This document shows positions 41,168 to 50,937 of a stretch of 64,000 bases of DNA, piece by piece. The notes beneath the pieces were generated by a model. It ran no database searches, had not been told where the DNA came from, and was given only the letters and a program-made list of their open reading frames with translations. The position numbers and the translations under genes were made by a program. Source of the DNA: Acidobacteriota bacterium (lineage in GTDB: Bacteria > Acidobacteriota > CAIWXX01); assembly GCA_040755995.1 (NCBI GenBank), contig JBFMAF010000028.1, positions 1-64,000 of the forward strand. Direction: 5' to 3'. The number at the start of each line of letters is the position of its first letter. The stretch's first letter is position 1.

Positions 41168-44083
41168 TCAGAAGGAGTAGCGGATGCCCAACCTGACGGT
41201 CCTCGGGTACATCAGGTCCTGCACCTCGTCCACACTCGACGCGCTCAGGCTCTCCTGGACGTGGAGCACCGTGTTCGTGTTGAGGATATTGAAGATGTCC
41301 AGATCGAGGTTGACGTTGCCCTTGTCGCCGAGCGAAATTGCCTTGGAGACGCGCAGATCGAGCTCCATCATGGTTGGCATCTTCGTGTCGCCTATCAGCT
41401 GGGCCCGCACCTGCTTCTCGGTGACACCGGGATCGACGAAGTACCTGGAGCGGTAGTACACGATCGGGAAGCCCTCGCGGGAGAGCAGGTTGGCGGAAGC
41501 GCTGAGCCCGTACGGGAACTGGTACATGCCGTTCATGTTGAACTGCCACTTCGGCGTGCCGATCCAGTAGTTCAGCTTGCCGCTCGACCCCGACTGGAAC
41601 GCCAAGTCCTCGCCGTCTCTGAAGACCTGGCCCACCGGGCTCGGATCCTGGATGCCGTCGGTACCGTCGTAGTATGCGCGGTTGCGCTGGTAGTTGAGCG
41701 AAGCGTTCACCATCCACTTGTTGCTGAGCCGCTTGGTGGCGAAGACCTCCAGACCCTGATACTTCTCGGTGTAGCCCTTCTGGTTTGTGAAGATGTGATC
41801 GATGCCGGCGCCGTACTCTGCACGACGAGCCTCGCTCATCCGGTAGTAGGGCATGCTGTAGGCGGTTCCGTCGGGGAGTGTGCCGCTGATGGTGCCTGCG
41901 ACCACGTAGTCGCTCATCTTCAGTATGTCGTTGGGCCGCTGGTATCCTGTGAACGGGTTCCAGGTAATGTTATCGGCCTTGCGCCACACGAAGTTACCGC
42001 CGACCGAGAAGTCCATCATGACCTCGCGCTCGCCGCCCACGATGAGCTCGAGACGCTTCGGGGCGGTCAGGTCGCCGTCGACCGCGTTGTAGCTGCGTGT
42101 CGGATCCAACGGGTCGACATAGTAAATGCCCACCGGGCCGTACGCGAAGTCGATTTCGTTGTACTGGGCGATGTGGTCGCCGTTGAGGTCGGTCCAGTAG
42201 TAGTCGATTTCGCTGGCGCCCTGGCCGATCGGGCTCATGAAGTCGATGGAGCCGGAGTTGAGCTGGTCGGCGTAGCGCGCGAAGCTGGCGCGGAGGATCG
42301 TCTTGCCGTCGCCAAGGAGGTCGTAGGTCATGCCGAAACGCGGCGAGAAGTCGCTCCACGTGAACGGAGCTTCCATGTCCTGCACGCTCATGTTAGGCAG
42401 GAGCGTGTTGTCGGCGGTGCCTCCGCTGGACGTTGCGAGCTGCTTGCCGGACTGCCTGTCGTACCGGACGCCGAGGTTCGCGGTGATGCGGCCCGATGTC
42501 AACGTATCACCGGCGTAGAAGCTCAAGTAGTTCATCTGGTTGTAGGCATGGCGGTCCCTGTAGAGCCACGCAGTCCCAGTGACCTCGTCGGTCACGATCC
42601 TGTTGCCGGGCCACCTGGTCGTCGATTCGGTCGTATGACGGCGGAACTGGAAGCCGGCCTTGAATTCGTGCTGGCCGCCCAGCCCCGACTTGAAGACGTT
42701 GGTTTCCGCCGATGCCTGCCACTGCGGCCGCTCGGTCAGGTAGTCGAGGAAGGAGCCGTGCCACACGCGATTGGAGTCGCGCCACGCCTGCGCGTTCAGT
42801 CCGCCTTGCGGGGTGAGCCCGAACTTGTTAGCCACATAGCCGAACTTGCCGCTTACGTACAGGTTCGGATTCACGATGTGCGTGGCCTCGACCTTGTAGA
42901 TGTTGCCCGGCGATTCCTGGTTCCAGGTCGTCTCGATCGGCCGCGTTGCACCCGCGTTGCGTCCTCTCTTGATCTTGCTGGCTCTGTTGTAGAAGAACGT
43001 AAACGTGTCGTTCTCGCTCCACTGCGTGTTCAACTTGAAGCTGGCACCCTCGAGCTGGGTGTTGTCCGGAGCCCCGCCGACTGCGATCGTCTGAATATCC
43101 TGTACACCGACGGCTCCCCAGTACCACGCCTTCTCCTTCACGATCGGCCCGCCTATTTCGATGCCGTAGTCGCGCGACTTGAACAGGATCGGCCGGGTGA
43201 ACCTGGGATTCCACTTGTGGCCGTCGAGCTCGGTCTCGCCGTTCGCCGGATTCGGCGGGATCGCCGTGTTCTGATCCTTCACGTTGTTGGAGCTCAGTCC
43301 CTCGCCGCTCACGTAGAATCGGGCCGACCCCTTCGGCGTGTCACCTCCGCGCTTCGTCACGAAGTTGATCCCCATGCCGCCGGTGGCCTGGCTCGGGTCG
43401 TTGCCCGCGGTCGTCACCTGGATCTCCTCGAACGAGTCGAAGTCATAGTAGGTCGGCGATGATCCGACTGCCGCCATGTCCGTGATCGTGACACCGTCCA
43501 TGTTCCACATGGAGTTGTCGCCGCCTCGATCGCCGCGGCTGTTGAACTCGGACTGCTGGCCGCCCTCGGCGCCCGCGATGTTCACGCGGTCAACTACGAT
43601 GCCCGACACCATCGACAGGACCACCCACGGGTCGCGGGATGTCGGAACATTGGCCAGGATCTCCTGAGTCATGTTCTGGCCGACGCCTGTCTTCTTGGTG
43701 TCGAGGATCGGCTGCTCTGCAATCACTGTGATGGTCTCGGCCATCGTCGTCGGCTTCATGACGAGCTTCAGGTTGACGGCTCCGCCGACCGTGACGATGA
43801 TCTGCTTCTGCACATACGTGGCAAATCCGTCCAGATCGCATTGCACGTCATAGTCCCCCGGGTCCAGGCGAATGAAGTGGAAGTCGCCGTTGATCCCGGT
43901 TGTCTGGGTAACGGTGCCGATCTGCGCGCCGGTGAGCGTGACTGTCACACCGGGCAGAACGCCGCCCGTCTCATCCTCGATGACTCCGTAGATCTGCCCC
44001 TGGCTCTGCTGCGCATTGGCGACCGGGGCGATCGCCACCAGGCCGACGGCCAGGAGTGCCATCAGCCAACGTGTTTTCACCAT
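41168..44083 (-). CDS. TonB-dependent receptor (Oar-like, carboxypeptidase-regulatory N-domain)
   Basis: Signal peptide, GGVLPGVTVTL, INFVTKRG, NLGVRYD, FSPRFG, C-terminal LGIRYSF. Confidence 0.93.
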   Translation of the reverse strand: MVKTRWLMALLAVGLVAIAPVANAQQSQGQIYGVIEDETGGVLPGVTVTLTGAQIGTVTQTTGINGDFHFIRLDPGDYDVQCDLDGFATYVQKQIIVTVGGAVNLKLVMKPTTMAETITVIAEQPILDTKKTGVGQNMTQEILANVPTSRDPWVVLSMVSGIVVDRVNIAGAEGGQQSEFNSRGDRGGDNSMWNMDGVTITDMAAVGSSPTYYDFDSFEEIQVTTAGNDPSQATGGMGINFVTKRGGDTPKGSARFYVSGEGLSSNNVKDQNTAIPPNPANGETELDGHKWNPRFTRPILFKSRDYGIEIGGPIVKEKAWYWGAVGVQDIQTIAVGGAPDNTQLEGASFKLNTQWSENDTFTFFYNRASKIKRGRNAGATRPIETTWNQESPGNIYKVEATHIVNPNLYVSGKFGYVANKFGLTPQGGLNAQAWRDSNRVWHGSFLDYLTERPQWQASAETNVFKSGLGGQHEFKAGFQFRRHTTESTTRWPGNRIVTDEVTGTAWLYRDRHAYNQMNYLSFYAGDTLTSGRITANLGVRYDRQSGKQLATSSGGTADNTLLPNMSVQDMEAPFTWSDFSPRFGMTYDLLGDGKTILRASFARYADQLNSGSIDFMSPIGQGASEIDYYWTDLNGDHIAQYNEIDFAYGPVGIYYVDPLDPTRSYNAVDGDLTAPKRLELIVGGEREVMMDFSVGGNFVWRKADNITWNPFTGYQRPNDILKMSDYVVAGTISGTLPDGTAYSMPYYRMSEARRAEYGAGIDHIFTNQKGYTEKYQGLEVFATKRLSNKWMVNASLNYQRNRAYYDGTDGIQDPSPVGQVFRDGEDLAFQSGSSGKLNYWIGTPKWQFNMNGMYQFPYGLSASANLLSREGFPIVYYRSRYFVDPGVTEKQVRAQLIGDTKMPTMMELDLRVSKAISLGDKGNVNLDLDIFNILNTNTVLHVQESLSASSVDEVQDLMYPRTVRLGIRYSF

Positions 44084-44651
44084 ATCAATCCCTCCATGAA
44101 CTAAGTTGTGCCGAACGAAACGCGCGATTCACTCACATGCTGATCCGATCCGCTTTCCACCTCCTCTCCGCATCAACTACCGCTCATCCGAGCTGCAAGG
44201 GCCGTGCCAGTGGATAGCGCAAACAGGATCAATGGAATACAGCCGTTGCCAGGTGGAGACGGCTACGAAGAGCCGGATTCGGCGACGGGCAGGTGGAGAG
44301 CGTGGGCCTCAGCTTGCCCCAACTTGCGCGCCGACTTGTAAGAAATTGCTACTGGGCTTGCGGGATACACCGCCGCGAACACCCTTGCAGACGCCTGAGC
44401 AACTTCGGGCAAGCCGGCCCGAGAGGAGACGCGGTGATTGGGGGGAAGTAAGGCTGGGCGACGTCACAGGACGAGGTTGCCAGCACGGGGAACCTCATGC
44501 CGCGCACCGCTGGCCGCGTGAAGCGACGTGAGGCAGGCGCAGGGGCGCAATGAGAGGCGCCCTGATGATGCGTTGCGCCGAGTCCGGTTCGTGACGGCTC
44601 CCCGCACTGGCGGCATCGTCCTTGCCGCGTCAGCCGCGTGCAACGGCGTAG

Positions 44652-44916
44652 ATCGGCCTGCCTTCAGGGTGGCCTGAATCTCATCGAGGAAGGACTGATC
44701 CCCTCTTCGCTCGATGTCGGCGATCGTCTCTCCGTCGATCCCCGCCGCTCCCTTGTTGCTTCGTACACGCTCCCATGCTTCCCGAAGGACGTCACCCCTC
44801 CAGATCCGGTCGTACAACGCATGAAAACGCCGGGTCCTACTCCGCTTGGCACACGCGTAGAGCGTTCGCTGAAGTTCTCGCACTTTGTCTACGGGGTCTT
44901 TGGCCGTCACCGGCAT
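44652..44916 (-). pseudogene. ltrA: Truncated group II intron reverse transcriptase
   Basis: KVRELQRTLY..RRFHALYDRI..AWERVRSNKGAAGIDG (RT0); similarity ends at LKAGR. Confidence 0.85.
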
Positions 44917-45428
44917 GCCCTCGCGCTTACCTTCACTCAAACGCATGACCAAAGCAGGGCCCCTTCCCTCCAGTGGTTTCTCTTGCCCACCTTCATCGGT
45001 ACTATGAGCCCCTCGGACTCCCTCCCGGCTCCGCAGACTTTCAGCTTCGCCTTATATCCACGGTCTTCGCCTGACTTGGCTGCCAGGTAGGGTCTCTCCT
45101 GTTCCGTACCGATCTGTCCCCGCGTCCCGCCCCCCATACCCCGGAGAGGTCCAGCAGCCGCTCCGATTCCAGGCTGCTGTCCGTTGCCTTCGCCGCGACA
45201 TGCTCGGCTCGACCCTCTCAAACACCTTTCGGCTGATAATTTGACGAGGCGGCAGGGTTCACTTAATGTTACGGGCCGCAAGTTCGCTCCCTCCCTTCGG
45301 AGGCTTTCGACACCCCGCTCAGTGCGAAACCTCTCGGCTTCGACGCACCGGGGTCTGCTACCGGGCGCATCGGCGCTTACCCGGACCGGACTCTCACCGG
45401 CAAGACCGGTACAGCTTTCAGGACGCAC
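44652..45428 (-). mobile_element. 5' fragment of a group II intron
   Basis: Begins GTGCG at 45428 followed by about 500 nt of intron-like RNA and the N-terminus of an intron RT; no domain V/VI seen. Confidence 0.85.
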
Positions 45429-45564
45429 CACGCCGTCAGTTTGGCAACCAGACCACCGGCGACGGAAACGACTACGGCAACGTCAACGACTCGTGCTGTC
45501 GATGGCCAGAGGAATCCGAGACGGTAACGTACCCCAGCCCGAGGCCACGCCTCGCAAGGCGGCC

Positions 45565-45891
45565 TCAGAAGCTCTCCAACGCCTCGTCCCGCGAGGGGAA
45601 CGCTTTGAACAGGGCCAGGAAACCCGAGACCTCGAAAACCCGCAGCACATCAGCTGAGAGGCAGCACAGGTGGAGCTTGCTGCCGGCCTTCGTCCTCGAT
45701 TTCAGCACGCTCAGAAATGCCCGAAGCCCCGCGCTGTTGATGTAGTTCAGGTTCGCGCAATCCACGAGGACGTTCTCCTCTTGCCCTACCAGCTCCTGTA
45801 GATCCTCCGCGAAATGATCGCACGTCGCATCGATCCGGCCGTTGAGCTCTATGACCTTCACCTTCCCTATCTTCCGTTCCGTGATAAACAT
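45565..45891 (-). CDS. STAS domain anti-sigma factor antagonist
   Basis: GRIDA, YINSAGLR, VFEVSGF; GGAGG RBS. Confidence 0.9.
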   Translation of the reverse strand: MFITERKIGKVKVIELNGRIDATCDHFAEDLQELVGQEENVLVDCANLNYINSAGLRAFLSVLKSRTKAGSKLHLCCLSADVLRVFEVSGFLALFKAFPSRDEALESF

Positions 45892-46188
45892 GAGACCTCC
45901 TCGGATGACTGGCCCCATTCTACACCCGCAGCCCAGGCTGGTGGGAAATTCGAAATCCGGCGGCTCCCACCCCGCTTCGGTTCACCCCGTACCCATTCCC
46001 GTGCTCTCGGTGTGCTTGTTCTCTCGCCGCTGGATGACCCCCGTGCGTTGTGCAACGGACGCGGGGACGCGGAGAAGCACGCAGCAACGTTTCACCGCGT
46101 CTCCGTGTCGCATCCCACCGCGAACCGCCCAATCTTGTGACCACTTACTTACTCCGATGCCGGAACAACCCTGAGATATAATGCCACC

Positions 46189-47277
46189 GTGCGCATTGCC
46201 TACTACATCTCGGGACACGGTTTCGGTCACGCCGTGCGTTCGTGCGTGGTGGCCGAGGCGCTGGCCGCTGAGCATGAGCTCTGGATGCTGTCGAGGGTGG
46301 ATGAGAGGTTCATACGGCGACTCCTGAGGCTGCCATACCACTACCGTTCCGTGGACCTGGACGTAGGTGTCATCCAGCCTGCGAGCATGTCGATCGACTT
46401 CGAACGTACTCTTGAAGCAGTGCGGCGGCTGGAGCGACGCAGGGAAGCGACGGTCGAGCAGGAGGCCGCTTGGCTGCGAGAAACGCGCGTGGACCGGGTT
46501 CTCGTTGACATTCCTCCACTCGCTTGCGTCGCCGCGCGGCGCGCCGGCATTCCATCGGCAGTCATCACCAACTTCACCTGGGACGACATCTACGCCCCTT
46601 ATCAGGAATTCGCCGACGGGTTCGCCGACGCGGCGCAGAGGCTGGCGTCGGAATACGCCGAGGCGGACCGGCTTTTCGCGCTTCCATTCGACACCCCCAT
46701 GCGTGCATTTGCCAGCCGCGTATCGTTCGGGCTTGTGGCACGCAGGGCCACGCTCGGTCGCGATGATGTTTGCAATCGCCTGAAGTTGGACGGCGCGAGG
46801 TATGCGCTTCTCTCATACGGTGGAATCGGCCTGGGCGATTTCGCTCCATATGCGTGGGACACGCCTCCAGGGTGGCGCCTTCTCAGCGTCGGGGGTGTGG
46901 AGGGTGACCGCGGTATCAGCGACGGCGTTCGAATCGTCGAGCCGGCCGAGATGGCAGCTGCCGGGATGGCCTATGCCGACCTCGTGGGAGCCGTGGATGC
47001 GGTGATCACCAAGCCGGGCTACGGCATCGTCAGCGACTGCATCGCTAATCGCACGCCGATGATTTACAGCGACCGGGGCCCCTTTGCGGAATACCCGCGC
47101 CTCGTCGAAGGAATCCGCCGGTATCTGCCAAGCGTCTTCCTGGAGCAGGATCGCATCAGGGCAGGCGCGATTCGGGACGCGCTGCTGGCGATCGAGGACG
47201 CGCCGTGGCCCGGCGAGAGAATCGAACCGCTCTCGCCCGGGGACATCCGGCTGGGATTGGCGGCCTTCCTGCAGTAG
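46189..47277 (+). CDS. Glycosyltransferase-like protein (L-arabinokinase N-domain-like)
   Basis: YYISGHGFGHA, NFTWDDIY, ITKPGYGIVSDC. Confidence 0.85.
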   Translation: MRIAYYISGHGFGHAVRSCVVAEALAAEHELWMLSRVDERFIRRLLRLPYHYRSVDLDVGVIQPASMSIDFERTLEAVRRLERRREATVEQEAAWLRETRVDRVLVDIPPLACVAARRAGIPSAVITNFTWDDIYAPYQEFADGFADAAQRLASEYAEADRLFALPFDTPMRAFASRVSFGLVARRATLGRDDVCNRLKLDGARYALLSYGGIGLGDFAPYAWDTPPGWRLLSVGGVEGDRGISDGVRIVEPAEMAAAGMAYADLVGAVDAVITKPGYGIVSDCIANRTPMIYSDRGPFAEYPRLVEGIRRYLPSVFLEQDRIRAGAIRDALLAIEDAPWPGERIEPLSPGDIRLGLAAFLQ

Positions 47278-47288
47278 CCGCACGCCCC

Positions 47289-47360
47289 GTGTATCCCGAA
47301 CTCATTCGCATCGGCACGTTCTCAATCGATAGCTACGGCTTCATGGCGGCGCTGGAGGCT
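47289..47360 (+). pseudogene. lgt: N-terminal remnant of prolipoprotein diacylglyceryl transferase
   Basis: GTG-YPELIRIGTFSIDSYGFMAAL matches the typical Lgt N-terminus, then similarity stops. Confidence 0.65.
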
Positions 47361-47417
47361 GCGCCACGCATCTTCAATCTGACGAAGACGAAAGGCGCAC
47401 CGGAGCCGCTTCCGCGG

Positions 47418-48014
47418 CTAGCCGTGCATCGCTGGGTGACTCGTGGCTTCTCGCTGCTTTCGCTTCTTGCGTCTGTACATAGTGGTATAAGAAATGCCGA
47501 TGATGATGCAGGACAGGCTGAGATAGAAGTAGAAACGATCTGGTAGGGCGACGGGAAAGGAGAGCCGGAAGGCGTTGAAAGCCGTCGGGACCAGAAGCAG
47601 CGTTCCCCAGAAAACGGTGATGAACCGGCAGCCGAGAATGAGACCTTCATCGTGCCATCGTTCTTGCGGCAGGTCGGCTCGTGCATACTGCAGCGCGAAC
47701 GGTTTGCCTATCAGCACCGTGAACCAGATAACACCGGCCAGAAAGCAGTTTGCGATGATTCCCATGTGCTTGGCCAGCCAGATCCACCTGAAGCCGTAGA
47801 GTGATGTTGCGCAGAAAAGGAAGAACGCCAGGGTGGCCCACTGCAAGATGAAGCCCATGCGCAGCGCCTTCAATGCGAAGATGACGGATGCAGCCAGGCA
47901 TATCACGACTGCTCTCCGCAACGGATCCCAGCCATCGGTTGGCAGAAGCAGAAACAGAATCCAGGGCAGGAATCCAAGCATGAATTTCGCGATATCCACT
48001 AATTCGCCGATCAT
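47418..48014 (-). CDS. Hypothetical integral membrane protein (gene cassette)
   Basis: Several TM segments, GKPFALQYAR; AAGGAG RBS; start lies 26 bp after a GTTAGGC core site; lower GC. Confidence 0.8.
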   Translation of the reverse strand: MIGELVDIAKFMLGFLPWILFLLLPTDGWDPLRRAVVICLAASVIFALKALRMGFILQWATLAFFLFCATSLYGFRWIWLAKHMGIIANCFLAGVIWFTVLIGKPFALQYARADLPQERWHDEGLILGCRFITVFWGTLLLVPTAFNAFRLSFPVALPDRFYFYLSLSCIIIGISYTTMYRRKKRKQREATSHPAMHG

Positions 48015-48040
48015 TTCGTATCTCCTTGTTCGTACCTGAA

Positions 48041-48100
48041 GCCTAACGATCGGCTCCAGCGGCGGTGCGCAGTGTCGTCCGCTGCAACCCGTGGCCAGGC
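48041..48100 (-). other. attC-like site (degenerate R'' end)
   Basis: GCCTAAC..CAGCGGCG..CGTCCGCTG..GCCAGGC imperfect inverted repeat, 60 bp. Confidence 0.7.
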
Positions 48101-48355
48101 GATTTCTCTGTTAGCTGTGGATCCGTACCTGGCACCGCGAGACCCTGAGTCATCGTCCGTGTGTGCGCTCCCACGCGCCGGACATAGCGGGCGCCGCCCC
48201 GATTTCGACTACGCCCCGCCATCGGTAGGTGGACGGCCAGGTGCGAAACGTGCGCACCACGCGCGTGAAGAGCTCCATGCTCAGGGGCAGACCGGAGGGC
48301 TTCCAGTGCTCGGTGACGTCAGGCTCGACGGCGACTCGGCGACCCTCGCCCGACA

Positions 48356-48460
48356 CGTCAATAGGTAGTCCATCTGGTTGAGCGTGGCAACAGCAATATG
48401 AGCTGCATCCCGTACAGCACTAGGCGGTACGGCACCGCTTTTCATGATCCTCGCTGCAAG
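48356..48460 (-). pseudogene. Internal fragment of a PIN/VapC toxin
   Basis: LAARIMKSGAVPPSAVRDAAHIAVATLNQMDYLLT. Confidence 0.65.
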
Positions 48461-48517
48461 GCCGGCGACAGGCGGCGAAGCCGGCTGTTGACAGTCCGGT
48501 GCATGGGCGTGTTCGGC
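48460..48517 (-). other. Truncated attC-like site
   Basis: Minus strand GCCGAAC-ACGCCCATGCACCGGAC with inner hairpin, 17 bp after a stop codon; distal arm missing. Confidence 0.55.
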
Positions 48518-48534
48518 ACCAGTCTCCCGCTCGC

Positions 48535-48882
48535 TTACGCCGCTCGTAGTAGGAACTCTACCTTCACGGCGTCGAACGGAAACTCGATGCGCCGATCGGA
48601 TGCCCGGGTCAGCACCCCTGCCTGCAAGAGCGCCGTTATGTCGCCATGAACGGCCTTCACATCACGGCGGACCCGCCGCGCGGCTTCACGAATAGACACT
48701 GGCCCAGCGCCGCGAAGGACCTTAAGTAGCTCCCAGCGCTTCGCGGTCAGCACCTTCCAGAGCAGCTCGGGGGTCGCGAAGGCAATGCGCGATTCGCGCT
48801 CCGCGCGCCCAGTCCTCATGGCGCGGGCAACATCGGCCAGTGTCTCCTTGAGAGAGCGTACTTCAAGAACGACCATGTTCAT
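48535..48882 (-). CDS. HVO_A0114/TumA-like wHTH antitoxin
   Basis: LTAKRWELL..GPVSIREAARRVRRDVKAVHGDITALLQAG. Confidence 0.85.
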   Translation of the reverse strand: MNMVVLEVRSLKETLADVARAMRTGRAERESRIAFATPELLWKVLTAKRWELLKVLRGAGPVSIREAARRVRRDVKAVHGDITALLQAGVLTRASDRRIEFPFDAVKVEFLLRAA

Positions 48883-49171
48883 GGTTCCACCTCGCGACAT
48901 CAGCTTCAAAGTCAGCCATCAGTTGGTCGGGCGTAGAGAAGGCGTAAGGTTCCTCCGTTGTTTCAGTGTGCCGGTGATCACCCTTTTCGCGTTCATTGTC
49001 GTAACGCAGCACGCACCGCTCTTCGATCACGTACGCCAGGCGGTACTTGAACAAGTGCGTTGAGGGCGGAACCGGGCCCGGAACATACCAGATCACCACT
49101 TCGACGAATGCATCGGCAGCGACGACTACCCGGCGACGAACCAGGGCTACAGCCTTCACGTTGGAGAGCAT
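48863..49171 (-). CDS. DUF6516/TumE-like toxin
   Basis: IW.VP.PVPPSTH.FKYRL..LRYDNE..KGDHRH. Confidence 0.85.
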   Translation of the reverse strand: MLSNVKAVALVRRRVVVAADAFVEVVIWYVPGPVPPSTHLFKYRLAYVIEERCVLRYDNEREKGDHRHTETTEEPYAFSTPDQLMADFEADVARWNHEHGRS

Positions 49172-49229
49172 ACCAACACACAGAGCATGTTGTCAATTGC
49201 TCCAACATACCACTGCTCACCCTGCTGGT

Positions 49230-49295
49230 GCCGAACGCTGGCCTTCAGCCGCGGCGCGTCTTTGTGCGCCGTCGGCTGGAAGGCCGTTGTTCGGC
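49230..49295 (-). other. attC site
   Basis: GCCGAAC..GGCCTTCAGCCG..CGGCTGGAAGGCC..GTTCGGC, 66-bp imperfect inverted repeat with an extra unpaired base. Confidence 0.85.
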
Positions 49296-49484
49296 CTGAC
49301 CGACGGCACGACGTCTCGCTACCAGCTTCCAGAACTCCTCGTGCGGGATCGGGTTACCGCTGCCGCGCGACTCCTCCAGGATACTGCGGAAGATTGGGTT
49401 GTGTGCCAGCAGAAAACGCTCCTGGTCGTCGGGATCTTGCGGCACCGGCACGACCGCAACGAACGTCGGCTTCCTCTTCGCCAT
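49245..49484 (-). CDS. Phd/YefM-like antitoxin C-terminal portion, reading into the attC
   Basis: DDQERFLLAHNPIFRSILEESR..IPHEEFWK resembles the C-half of Phd-type antitoxins. Confidence 0.55.
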   Translation of the reverse strand: MAKRKPTFVAVVPVPQDPDDQERFLLAHNPIFRSILEESRGSGNPIPHEEFWKLVARRRAVGQAEQRPSSRRRTKTRRG

Positions 49485-49900
49485 CCAGCAGCATTATGAC
49501 CATAAGTTCGGTCAGAATCAAGAAGACGGTGGGGCTTGCAACATCCGCTTCGACCCTGCTGGAGGGCGTGGAAACGACATCTTGCCATTCACTCAACCCA
49601 CGAATTCTGCCGAAGACCCACTATTCATTTCGAGTTCCCAGCAGCAGTGAAGTCCGTAGACCTCTGCAGTCGAGTGCGTCCCGCAACAGGACCCACCTGA
49701 GGCGACACCACTTCGGCAATCCGCATCAGGGACAGGCCAAGAATGTGGGATGGCGGAACGGTATAGTCAAGCCCCAAGCCGGACACTCCCAAGGGCTCGC
49801 TCGGATAGCGACGCCGCGTGTAGCGCATGCGCAGCGCGGCCGATTGAGCGGTGAAAACCGTACGGACGTCATCCGCGCTGGACGGCCGAGGGCCTCCTCT

Positions 49901-50884
49901 TCACAGCATCCCCTTCTCACTCATCCACTCGTCGTTGAAGATCGTGCTGAGGTAGCGCGTAGCGCCGTCTGCAAACAGGGTGGCGATGCGCGCCGGCCTG
50001 TCGATCTCTCGGGCGAGCCGCAGCACGCCGGCCATCACGGCGCCGCTGGAGCCGCCCACGAGCAGCCCCTCCCTCCGCGCCAGCTCCCTCGTGTGATGAA
50101 ACGCCTCCTTGTCCGAGATCTGGTACATGTCGTCGATCAGCTCCCACTCGACGCAATTAATGATGAATTCGTCGCCAAGCCCCTCGGTCAGGTACGGCGA
50201 CGGCTCGACCCGCTCTCTGTGATAGAAGTAGTGCGTGAACACGGATCCCACGGTGTCTACGCCGATGACCTTGATCTTCGGGTTCCTTTCCTTGAGGTAC
50301 CGCGAGACGCCTGATATCGTGCCGCCGGTGCCTACTCCGGCCACGAAGTAGTCGATCTCGCCGTCCATCTGTTCCCAGATCTCGGGACCGGTCGCGGCGT
50401 AGTGCGCTTCGTTGTTCTCACGGTTGTTGTGCTGATCGGGAAAGTATGAGTTCGGTGTTTCTTTCACGATGCGCGGGGCGACGTTGTTGTAGCTGTCGGG
50501 GGATTCCGGAGGCAACGTGCTGTCGACGAAGTGGATCTCGGCACCAAGCGCCCTCAGCGAGTTCACCTTCTCCTTGCTCGTGCGGTCTCGAACGATGACC
50601 TTAAGCTTGTAACCCTTCTGGATGGCGACAAGAGCCAGTCCCAGAGCGGTGTTGCCGGAGGAGCTCTCGACGATGGTATCGCCCGGCTTGATCCTCCCCT
50701 CCCGCTCCGCCTTCTCGATCATGTAGCGCGCGATGCGGTCCTTGCTGCTGCCCATCGGATTCACGAACTCCAGCTTCGCGTAGACCTCGCTCTTGAGCCC
50801 CTCCGTGATCCATTTGAGCCTCACCATGGGCGTGTTCCCCACGGCGTCAAGAAGGCTCGTGTAGCATCGCTTCCCGTCCATCAT
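49901..50884 (-). CDS. Cysteine synthase / cystathionine beta-synthase family PLP enzyme
   Basis: GNTPMV, NPMGSSKDR, ESSSGNT, GVGTGGT, GGSSG. Confidence 0.93.
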   Translation of the reverse strand: MMDGKRCYTSLLDAVGNTPMVRLKWITEGLKSEVYAKLEFVNPMGSSKDRIARYMIEKAEREGRIKPGDTIVESSSGNTALGLALVAIQKGYKLKVIVRDRTSKEKVNSLRALGAEIHFVDSTLPPESPDSYNNVAPRIVKETPNSYFPDQHNNRENNEAHYAATGPEIWEQMDGEIDYFVAGVGTGGTISGVSRYLKERNPKIKVIGVDTVGSVFTHYFYHRERVEPSPYLTEGLGDEFIINCVEWELIDDMYQISDKEAFHHTRELARREGLLVGGSSGAVMAGVLRLAREIDRPARIATLFADGATRYLSTIFNDEWMSEKGML

Positions 50885-50937
50885 CGTTTCTCCTTACCCA
50901 TCAAAGAGCCGTCATTCTATAATATCATCGGAGGTGG

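Noticed and set aside
40901..43462. 853-aa + strand ORF
   Set aside because: Antisense shadow of the TonB-dependent receptor
44464..44952. RT as retron, DGR or defence RT
   Set aside because: Only RT0 present, preceded by a group II intron 5' end; no YADD motif or template/variable repeat pair
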